A stretch of 49,220 nt of DNA from Dehalococcoidales bacterium (GTDB taxonomy: Bacteria > Chloroflexota > Dehalococcoidia > Dehalococcoidales > DAOWJC01): assembly GCA_034411815.1 (NCBI GenBank), contig DAOUMH010000005.1:1-49220 (forward strand), read 5' to 3'. Made by a program: the position numbers and the translations under genes. The notes beneath the pieces were generated by a model. The model ran no database searches, had not been told where the DNA came from, and saw only the letters and a program-made list of their open reading frames with translations. Of this stretch, positions 10,103 through 17,575 are shown in pieces (the stretch's first letter is position 1; every line of letters starts with the position of its first letter).

Positions 10103-10113
10103 AGGGGGTAGCA

Positions 10114-10344
10114 ATGGCAAAACGACGTGTAATGCTTACCTTCTCCCCGGAAACAATCGCCGAACCAATCATCTATAACCTGGGACAACAATTCAAGTTA
10201 GTAACCAATATCCATCAGGCGGACTTGGCTAATAACAAGGGCTGGATAGCATTGGACCTTGACGGTGAAGAGCAGGATATTGAAGCCGGAATTGCCTGGG
10301 TTATCTCCAGGGGAGTGCGAGTCGATCCCTTCGGTGGAGATTAA
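10114..10344 (+). CDS. Stand-alone NIL-domain protein
   Basis: 76 aa from the ATG at 10114, with RBS GAAGGGGG upstream. The track's GTG at 10099 overlaps the NMO stop. 'RRVMLTFSPETIAEPIIYNLGQQFKLVTNI' parallels '[30 protein letters not shown]' of the NIL-ferredoxin at 6705. Confidence 0.6.
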   Translation: MAKRRVMLTFSPETIAEPIIYNLGQQFKLVTNIHQADLANNKGWIALDLDGEEQDIEAGIAWVISRGVRVDPFGGD

Positions 10345-10354
10345 TCAGCTATAA

Positions 10355-11542
10355 TTATTCTCCCGAGTTTCGCGACTTTAGCCACTTCTGTTTCTGCTTG
10401 AGTCGCATCTGCTCGTCTGTAGTCTTGTAGCTTGCCAGGAAACTGTCTTTAAAAGAATCAAAGGTGCCACCCAGGATAGCATCCCTTATTTGACTCATCA
10501 GCTTGTTAATGAAGCTCAAGTTGTGGATAGTAGCCAACCTGTATCCCAATAGCTCCTGGCAACTAAACAGGTGATGTAGATAAGAAGCCGAGAAATTGCG
10601 ACAGGTATAGCAATCGCAATCAGGGTCAACAGGCTGTTCCATCCGGCTATAAACAGCATTCTGGATATTATGCCTGTCGTGCCTGGTAAAGAAGGCCCCG
10701 TTACGAGCTATCCGGGTAGGCAGGGCACTATCAAATATGTCAATCCCTCTGGCTACACCCTCCAGCAAGTCCTCTGGGGAACCTACCCCCATAAGGTAGC
10801 GGGGCTTATCCTCAGGCAGTAAAGGCACCACTTCCTCAGCCATAGCCAGGGTCACCTTCTTAGGCTCCCCAATACTGAGCCCGCCAATAGCATAACCGGG
10901 AAAATCCAGCGAGGTAAGGAATTCAGCCGACTGACGCCGAAGCTGAGGGAAAACACCACCTTGCACAATAGCATACAGAGCCTGGGTCCTGCTCCTTTGA
11001 GCCCTCTGGCACCTCTCTGCCCACTGATGAGTCCGTCTCATAGCCGCCTGCACCTTCTCGAAGCTATCATCGTTGGCAGGGCATTCGTCCAGAACCATAG
11101 CAATATCAGCACCAAGGACTTCCTGGAACTTGACGGCCAGCTCGGGGGTAATCATGTGCTGGCTGCCATCAATGTGGGAACGGAACATAACCCCCTCATC
11201 ATTAACCCGACGTAGCGGTGCCAAGCTGAATATCTGATAGCCACCGCTGTCAGTAAGAATAGCTCCATCCCAAGCCATGAACCTGTGCAAACCGCCCATT
11301 TTTTCAATTATATCCATACCCGGCCTGAGATAGAGATGATAGGTGTTAGCCAACACCATTGGCATCCCGATATCCCTGACTTCCTCCGGGGTCAATGTTT
11401 TAACCGTACCCTGGCTACCCACAGGCAGAAACACCGGCGTAGGCACCATGCCATGCAGCGTCATCAACTCTCCAGCACGGGCCCCGCTGCCGGAGCAGGT
11501 CTTTATCAGATTAAAGCCATTGAGCTTATCCATCTTTATCAT
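10355..11542 (-). CDS. tgt: Queuine tRNA-ribosyltransferase (tRNA-guanine transglycosylase)
   Basis: 395 aa with 'LANTYHLYLRPG', 'LTDSGGYQIFSL', 'AIVQGG', 'GYAIGGLSIGE' and the zinc site 'CDCYTCRNFSASYLHHL'. The start could instead be the internal Met at 11533. Confidence 0.93.
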   Translation of the reverse strand: MIKMDKLNGFNLIKTCSGSGARAGELMTLHGMVPTPVFLPVGSQGTVKTLTPEEVRDIGMPMVLANTYHLYLRPGMDIIEKMGGLHRFMAWDGAILTDSGGYQIFSLAPLRRVNDEGVMFRSHIDGSQHMITPELAVKFQEVLGADIAMVLDECPANDDSFEKVQAAMRRTHQWAERCQRAQRSRTQALYAIVQGGVFPQLRRQSAEFLTSLDFPGYAIGGLSIGEPKKVTLAMAEEVVPLLPEDKPRYLMGVGSPEDLLEGVARGIDIFDSALPTRIARNGAFFTRHDRHNIQNAVYSRMEQPVDPDCDCYTCRNFSASYLHHLFSCQELLGYRLATIHNLSFINKLMSQIRDAILGGTFDSFKDSFLASYKTTDEQMRLKQKQKWLKSRNSGE

Positions 11543-11561
11543 ACAAACATTTAATCAGTCT

Positions 11562-12269
11562 CTAGTCTCCTGGGAAAAGCAATGAGGTTCCACTGTGCCT
11601 CAGTTGCTCCAGGGCCCTCTTGGTATCACTGGCAACCCTAGCCTTTTCACAGTGCTCCAGCCGATACTTAAACAGCCAGTAGGTAAACTCCTTCAACTCG
11701 GACAGGTTAATAAACCTAAGCAGGGGATAGCCCTTCTCACGCCGAAACCGCCTGAGCAACACCACCCTGGTAGCACCATATATACGACGGTAAACCTCGT
11801 TACTATTGTCATCTTCTTCATTGTAACCTAATGTGCGCCTCTCCTTGCGTACCTCCTCCTGAACCATCAGGATCAAGGCCTCCTCCACGGTAATGCCGTA
11901 AAAGTAGTTGAGATGTTGATGGTATTTAGCCCCGCCTATAATCCCCTTAAACTCCCCGGCAGTCAGATCAACTGGTGGTTTATTATGAAAAAGGAGATCA
12001 AGTTTCTCATCATCAGGTAGTAAAATATCCACCGCCTCATACAAACGCTCGACCAGAAGCAGCCAGTCAAAGGCTTCACCGGCAATGAGGTAATGATAGG
12101 TACGCCCGTTATACACCTCATCAGCAGCCCTCCATAATCCAACAGCCTCAAGCAGAGCAATATACCAATGCTTACCGCTAGCTATGGCTTGCTCTAAATA
12201 TCTTATCGCCTCAGCATCCCCGGCTTGGGTCAACTGAGAAGGCTGCCATTGATTAACCAGGTTTACCAT
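11562..12269 (-). CDS. Hypothetical protein, no recognisable family
   Basis: 235-aa ORF with host-like composition. It runs in the same direction as the flanking genes. I recognised no motifs. Confidence 0.5.
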   Translation of the reverse strand: MVNLVNQWQPSQLTQAGDAEAIRYLEQAIASGKHWYIALLEAVGLWRAADEVYNGRTYHYLIAGEAFDWLLLVERLYEAVDILLPDDEKLDLLFHNKPPVDLTAGEFKGIIGGAKYHQHLNYFYGITVEEALILMVQEEVRKERRTLGYNEEDDNSNEVYRRIYGATRVVLLRRFRREKGYPLLRFINLSELKEFTYWLFKYRLEHCEKARVASDTKRALEQLRHSGTSLLFPGD

Positions 12270-12352
12270 TGCCTACCCCGAGTTTTAAGTCCACAAACAG
12301 GCGACAATTTCCTCCAACGGTCTGGTGCTCAACACATCCTATGTTTCCTTGC

Positions 12353-12817
12353 CTAGCTACCCCCACCCCGAAGCGCCTGGATATGGCGCAATATATTTTC
12401 TTTTACCTCATCCACCATACAGGATAAAGATGCTACCCTGCCACCGGAGATAGCTGCCTCAAGTTCATCCGCTGACTTTATGTCAAGCTCACTGAAGAGC
12501 TTCTTCGCCGTTTTGGGGTCTATACCGGGTATATCAAGCAGAGTGCTGAGACCCTCAGGTAACTCAGTTTTTAGTCTTTCGTAATAATCAAGGTGACCGG
12601 TGGTTACCAGTTCGGTAATCTTCTTGGTGATAGCCTCCCCTACCCCGGGAATCTCCTTTAGCCTGCCTTCAACCACCAGTTGTTCCACCTCTACCGGCAG
12701 GTGCTCAATAGAGCGAATCACCTTCTGATAGGCACGAATTTTAAACGGATTCTCCCCCTTTAGCTCCAGGAGGTCAGCAATACCCTGGAATACTCTGGCA
12801 ACCTCACTGTTTTTCAC
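12353..12817 (-). CDS. Stand-alone PolX N-terminal module (8-kDa lyase-like + fingers helix-hairpin-helix domains); no palm/thumb/PHP
   Basis: 154 aa with a GTG start. 'VARVFQGIADLLELKGENPFKIRAYQKVIRSIE', 'LKEIPGVGEAITKKITELVTTG' and 'LLDIPGIDPKTAKKLFSEL' match the first ~150 residues of bacterial family X polymerases. The ORF then stops. Confidence 0.65.
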   Translation of the reverse strand: MKNSEVARVFQGIADLLELKGENPFKIRAYQKVIRSIEHLPVEVEQLVVEGRLKEIPGVGEAITKKITELVTTGHLDYYERLKTELPEGLSTLLDIPGIDPKTAKKLFSELDIKSADELEAAISGGRVASLSCMVDEVKENILRHIQALRGGGS

Positions 12818-12828
12818 TGGCTTTAATT

Positions 12829-13680
12829 TTACTCTTTATCCATTTCCAATCGGGGTGTTTGCTTATACCTCGCCCATTTAACTTTAGTCGCCGTTTTAGT
12901 GGAGCTACGCAAAGCAGGCTTTCTCATTATGAAGAGATACTTAAAACCCCTAAGGTAAAAGTTGAACTTCTTAGCCCTGTAATGCCAAACACCTGTATTT
13001 GAACTCTGTCCTCTCCTCGCTATGCAAACTAAGTCTACTGTTTCAAAATATTTTGCTAAACGTTCATATAGTTTGAAGCCTACGGGTGTAAACTGCTTTT
13101 TAACCCATTGGTCACCAATTAACCAGCCCATTACCTTGCCGGGCTTAAGTATTCTGTACACCTCTATTGCAACCTTTTCTAATTCATGATAAAAGCGCTC
13201 GTCTTCACAAGAGATTCTTCCAATACAATCTGGGTGGTCTGAGTAGCTAACATTGTCACCATAAGGAGAATCAATGAATACTAAATCCACAGATTCATCT
13301 GATAGCGGTATATTCCGAGCATCATTTTGAATCACTTCAGGGTGTTGAGGCGCAATATCATAGCCTATTACTTTCCGCCCTTCCTCCTTACACACGTCAA
13401 TTGTTGTTCCACTACCAGACATGGGGTCAACAACCAAATCACCAGGTTCCGTGTATCTTTGAATAAGGTTCCAAATCAAAAACGCTGGGGTCACACCTTG
13501 AAATTTATTGTTTCCTTTAGGTGTTTTTCCATAACTCTGTCTCGGATAGTCCCAAAGAGTAGTTGTTTCTAAAGGGGGCTTCTCTTCCACCTCAGTAGAG
13601 GCCGGTACCTGCACCACCTCTGTTTCAGGAAATAGAAACGAAACGGGTAGACTATCTCCCACCTTACTGTCTTTGCTCAT
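12829..13680 (-). CDS. DNA methyltransferase (N6-adenine or N4-cytosine), M subunit of a Type II R-M pair
   Basis: 283 aa. SAM motif I 'LVVDPMSGSGTTIDV' lies about 50 aa before catalytic motif IV 'FIDSPYGDN'. The gene is AT-rich and its start overlaps the upstream gene by 17 nt. Confidence 0.75.
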   Translation of the reverse strand: MSKDSKVGDSLPVSFLFPETEVVQVPASTEVEEKPPLETTTLWDYPRQSYGKTPKGNNKFQGVTPAFLIWNLIQRYTEPGDLVVDPMSGSGTTIDVCKEEGRKVIGYDIAPQHPEVIQNDARNIPLSDESVDLVFIDSPYGDNVSYSDHPDCIGRISCEDERFYHELEKVAIEVYRILKPGKVMGWLIGDQWVKKQFTPVGFKLYERLAKYFETVDLVCIARRGQSSNTGVWHYRAKKFNFYLRGFKYLFIMRKPALRSSTKTATKVKWARYKQTPRLEMDKE

Positions 13681-14359
13681 TAATCAACTCCTTAAGGTCG
13701 TCAATAAACTTATCAAACATCTTAACTTTCTCACTTTCTTCTACTTTAGTCTCGCTCATCACGTAGCTTCCGTCTGTATCTATTTCAACTATAGCTCGCC
13801 CCTTCTTGGTAGGTTTTCTAATCGTTAGTGTCCCATCCTCATCCGGCGTAACAAAATATGCCATAATATGTTCTGTGGCTTTATCTCTGGAGAGTTTCAT
13901 CTTCCAATAGCCAGTCTGAGCAATTCTCTCACGAAGAGTTACCTTGCTAGAAATAATAGCTACAACCCTCAAAGTTTCAGGCTCATAGACGATAATATCC
14001 ACATCAGGTAAATGTTGACCGAATTCTCCGTAATCAATCGAGAGGTGTTTCTTAACCATACTCAATTCTCTAGAGAGATTCTCACTTCTTGTCCTTTCTA
14101 GAGTATTGCCTTCTACTAATTTCAACCCTAAACTCTCAATCTCATCTTTTATTATATAAGCGATCAGTTTCTCAAGATTTTTCCCCTTAAACGCTCGCCA
14201 AGATTGTTCATGATCTCCTTGTGGTGTCGGATCCCTAAGGAAATCTCTCCTGTGTACTTCCTTAGCTTCAGCTAACAAACCAGAAACACGTTTATAGGCA
14301 TCAATACCGAATTTGTCCTTCTCAACCTCGTACATCTCTATTAGGTCTTTAAGCTTCAT
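13664..14359 (-). CDS. Putative Type II restriction endonuclease (PD-(D/E)xK-like)
   Basis: 231 aa. The candidate nuclease core is 'LPDVDIIVYEPETLRVVAIISSKVTLRER' (PD ... SxK). The gene is AT-rich and overlaps the methyltransferase gene. No family was identified by eye. Confidence 0.5.
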   Translation of the reverse strand: MKLKDLIEMYEVEKDKFGIDAYKRVSGLLAEAKEVHRRDFLRDPTPQGDHEQSWRAFKGKNLEKLIAYIIKDEIESLGLKLVEGNTLERTRSENLSRELSMVKKHLSIDYGEFGQHLPDVDIIVYEPETLRVVAIISSKVTLRERIAQTGYWKMKLSRDKATEHIMAYFVTPDEDGTLTIRKPTKKGRAIVEIDTDGSYVMSETKVEESEKVKMFDKFIDDLKELINEQRQ

Positions 14360-14414
14360 ATCTACCCCACTAGATCAATAGCAAGATTACAGATAACCCT
14401 TCCATCCTCTACTC

Positions 14415-14699
14415 TCAAAAGCAAAACCACCCTATCTGCGCCCTTATAAAGTTCATCAGGAAGGGGTGTTTCTCTCCGTATTTTGTAAGCAGGACATAGT
14501 CTGTACCAGCCTTGATTTCCTGGCTCAGATTAGCCTTCTCTTTGGCTTCCTTAATCCTATTCAGGGTCTCCATCCGTAGCCGGAGCACCAGCCTTCGATT
14601 CTTCTCCTGTTTGGTCAGAGGTTTTTCGGAGTCATCAGGGAGCTTGGCCATTTCCTCTGACACCTCTTTCATTAATTCGACCAGTTCCTCGTTGGTCAT
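14415..14699 (-). CDS. Hypothetical small protein coupled to secA
   Basis: 94 aa. The ATG lies 6 nt after the secA stop, and GGAAGG spans the end of secA. A charged N-terminal half is followed by a hydrophobic tail '...IRAQIGWFCF'. Confidence 0.45.
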   Translation of the reverse strand: MTNEELVELMKEVSEEMAKLPDDSEKPLTKQEKNRRLVLRLRMETLNRIKEAKEKANLSQEIKAGTDYVLLTKYGEKHPFLMNFIRAQIGWFCF

Positions 14700-14705
14700 A
14701 ACGGT

Positions 14706-17345
14706 CTACCTTCCACAACAGTACTTGTATTTCTTACCGCTACCACAGGGGCAGGGGTCGTTTCTGCCTATCTTCTTCCCACCAATCTTTTTTGTCTTGA
14801 CACCACCAGCCCTACCAGCAGTAGCCTGAGCCATTGGTGATTGGGCTGGCTGGGAAGCCTCCCGCCTGACAATATTTACATGATATATGGTATGAGCCAC
14901 ATCATGCCGAATGGTAGATAGCAGGCTCTCAAACTGCTTATAGCCTTCATTCTTGTAAGCATCCACCGCCCTCACCTGACGCAGGGTCTGCCACCCTGCC
15001 TGAAGGCGCATGCTCTCCATCGCTGTCAGGTGCTCAACCCACAGGCTATCCACAATGCGGAGCATTACTATACGCTCCAGCATCCTCATATTATCCGAAC
15101 CCAGATCCTGCTCCCGCTGCTCATATAGAGTATCTGCCTGCTGGAGCAGCCTGTCCTCCATCTGCTTGGGCTTCATCTGAGAAAGAGTATTAACACTGAG
15201 CTCTGGTGGCAAGGGGAAAATGGTAGAAACATTAGCCAGTAAACCGGCCATATCCCAATCAATGCCATGCTCATAAGCAATATGCGATGCTACCATACCC
15301 TGTATTTCTTCCCTAACCATCGACAGGATGTTCGCCTTGAGATCAGTACCACCTAGAATCTTCTTCCGCTCACCATAAATAAGCTCACGGTGCTTGTTGA
15401 TTACATCATCGTACTCTACCAGGTGCTTACGTATGTCAAAGTGGTAACCCTCCACCCTGACCTGAGAGCCTTCAATAGACCTGTTGACCATCTTATTCTC
15501 TATAGAGGTATCCTCATCCATCCCGGCCCAATTCATAATGGTCTTAATCCGGTCGCCGCCAAAACGGCGGACAACATCATCCTCAAGCGACACATAGAAT
15601 CTGGAGCTTCCCGGGTCTCCCTGTCTCCCGGCCCTGCCCCTGAGCTGATTATCAATTCGCCTTGCCTCATGACGCTCAGTACCTATAATGTGAAGCCCCC
15701 CGAGTTTAATCACCCTATCATGTTCCTGTTGCCACTCCTCTGAGCTCATCTCGGCAGGGTTTCCCCCCAGTATAATGTCAACACCACGCCCTGCCATATT
15801 AGTGGCAACGGTTATTGCCCCGGGGCGTCCTGCCTGGGCAATAATGCCTGCCTCCCTCTCATGATTCTTGGCATTAAGCAACTCAGCGGAGATACCCCTT
15901 TTTATCAGGAGGTTGTTTAGCTCCTCCGACTTCTCGATAGATACCGTGCCGACCAAGAGGGGCCGACCCTGCTTGTGAAGCTGCTCAATCTCGCTCGCCA
16001 CCGCCCGGAACTTAGCCGCCTCATTCTTATAAATACGGTCTGGGTAATCAACACGAGCCATAGGCCTATTGGTAGGAATAACTACTACCTCCAGGTTATA
16101 TATCTTATGAAACTCCTCAGCCTCGGTAAGGGCAGTGCCCGTCATCCCTGCCAGCTTGTTATACATTCGGAAGTAGTTCTGGACGGTAATAGTGGCAAAA
16201 GTTCTGCTCTCCGGCTGAACCCTGACCCCCTCCTTGGCTTCTATTGCCTGGTGCAGGCCCTCGGAGTAACGGCGACCGAGCATCAACCGACCGGTGAACT
16301 CATCAACGATGATGACCTGACCCTCCTTGACCACATACTCGCGGTCACGCTTAAACAAAACGTGGGCTTTAAGGGCGTTCTCTAGGTAGCGAGTCAGAGA
16401 GTAGTTCGACGGGTCATATAGATTGGGCGACTTCAGAGCACCTTCCCGTCCTAACAGCCTCTCCACATTACTGATACCAACCTCGGTCAGGTTAACGGTG
16501 CGCGTCTTTTCGTCCACCGTATAATCTTCTTCACGATGCAAATGAGGAACAAGACGGGCAAAGAGCTGATATCTCTGCCCTGCCTCCTCAGCCTGACCAC
16601 TGATAATAAGCGGGGTGCGCGCCTCATCAATAAGGAGATTATCCACCTCATCAACAATGGCATAGTTTGGCTCGTGCTGCACACACTGGGACAAATCTAT
16701 AACCATATTGTCTCGCAGATAATCAAAGCCGAACTCACTGTTGGTACCATAGGTAATATCTGCTTCATAGGCCTCACGGCGGGAGATGGGACGAAAATGC
16801 TGCCACCGCTCATCCCCCAAGTCGTAGCCAGGGTCATAGAGACGAGACGGAGACTGCTCATCCGGAGTCTGCTGAGGATAGATACTAGCTACAGACACCC
16901 CCAGTTCATGGTAGACGGGCCCCATCCAGTAAGGATCTCGCCTTGCCAGATAGTCATTAACAGTGGCTAAATGACAGCCCCGGCCGGTAAGGGAGTTAAG
17001 ATAGAGAGGCAAGGTGGCCACCAGGGTTTTGCCCTCACCGGTTTTCATCTCGGCAATCCTGCCCTGATGAAGGACAATACCACCCATTAACTGGACATCA
17101 AAGTGGCGCTGCCCTATAGTCCGCTTGGCTGCCTCACGAACGGCAGCAAAGGCTTCCGGCAGAAGCTCATCAAGAGAGGTGCCATCTTTAACCCGAGACT
17201 TAAACTCATCAGTCTTGGCACGAAGCTCGGCATCAGTGAGCCGTTCAAATTCAGGCTCCAGCTCATTTACTCTACCTACCGCTGGCTGTAAGCGCTTCAG
17301 CTCTTTCTCATTAGAATCAACAAGCCTACCCAGAAATTTAAACAT
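14706..17345 (-). CDS. secA: Preprotein translocase ATPase SecA
   Basis: The start is placed at 'MFKFLGRLVDSNEKELKRL' (ATG 17345, an ATGTTTAA overlap with the upstream stop) rather than the track's 17360. Walker A 'MKTGEGKT', 'DEVDNLLIDEARTPLIISG' and the C-terminal zinc motif 'CPCGSGKKYKYCCG' are present. Confidence 0.95.
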   Translation of the reverse strand: MFKFLGRLVDSNEKELKRLQPAVGRVNELEPEFERLTDAELRAKTDEFKSRVKDGTSLDELLPEAFAAVREAAKRTIGQRHFDVQLMGGIVLHQGRIAEMKTGEGKTLVATLPLYLNSLTGRGCHLATVNDYLARRDPYWMGPVYHELGVSVASIYPQQTPDEQSPSRLYDPGYDLGDERWQHFRPISRREAYEADITYGTNSEFGFDYLRDNMVIDLSQCVQHEPNYAIVDEVDNLLIDEARTPLIISGQAEEAGQRYQLFARLVPHLHREEDYTVDEKTRTVNLTEVGISNVERLLGREGALKSPNLYDPSNYSLTRYLENALKAHVLFKRDREYVVKEGQVIIVDEFTGRLMLGRRYSEGLHQAIEAKEGVRVQPESRTFATITVQNYFRMYNKLAGMTGTALTEAEEFHKIYNLEVVVIPTNRPMARVDYPDRIYKNEAAKFRAVASEIEQLHKQGRPLLVGTVSIEKSEELNNLLIKRGISAELLNAKNHEREAGIIAQAGRPGAITVATNMAGRGVDIILGGNPAEMSSEEWQQEHDRVIKLGGLHIIGTERHEARRIDNQLRGRAGRQGDPGSSRFYVSLEDDVVRRFGGDRIKTIMNWAGMDEDTSIENKMVNRSIEGSQVRVEGYHFDIRKHLVEYDDVINKHRELIYGERKKILGGTDLKANILSMVREEIQGMVASHIAYEHGIDWDMAGLLANVSTIFPLPPELSVNTLSQMKPKQMEDRLLQQADTLYEQREQDLGSDNMRMLERIVMLRIVDSLWVEHLTAMESMRLQAGWQTLRQVRAVDAYKNEGYKQFESLLSTIRHDVAHTIYHVNIVRREASQPAQSPMAQATAGRAGGVKTKKIGGKKIGRNDPCPCGSGKKYKYCCGR

Positions 17346-17568
17346 GCCCGGCTCCCTCAATTAGCCCATTAGCTTCCTCCGCCCTCAATTCATCAACCAT
17401 AACCTTAACCTCACCCAACCCATCAACAGCAAACACGTGTACCGAAGGTGCAGCATTTGATTTCAGGACACAAGATATGCCATTACTCTCCAATAAACCC
17501 TTGATAATCAGGGCCTCCGCCTCACCCATCGCCCGATACACCACCACCAACTTCTCACCCGTAACCAT
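17338..17568 (-). CDS. DUF2007-like small protein (putative signal-transducing, PII-like fold)
   Basis: 76 aa from the ATG at 17568, which is preceded by AGGTGG. The track's TTG at 17583 overlaps prs. 'LVVVYRAMGEAEALIIKGLLESNGI' is typical of DUF2007. Confidence 0.55.
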   Translation of the reverse strand: MVTGEKLVVVYRAMGEAEALIIKGLLESNGISCVLKSNAAPSVHVFAVDGLGEVKVMVDELRAEEANGLIEGAGHV

Positions 17569-17575
17569 GTTCCAC

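Noticed and set aside
10355-11542. Tgt as a DpdA-like DNA 7-deazaguanine modification enzyme, given its proximity to the R-M cassette
   Set aside because: The protein has the full canonical bacterial tRNA-guanine transglycosylase motif set, including the CxCxxC...H zinc site, and has host-like composition. No dpd/queC-E-type partner genes are nearby.
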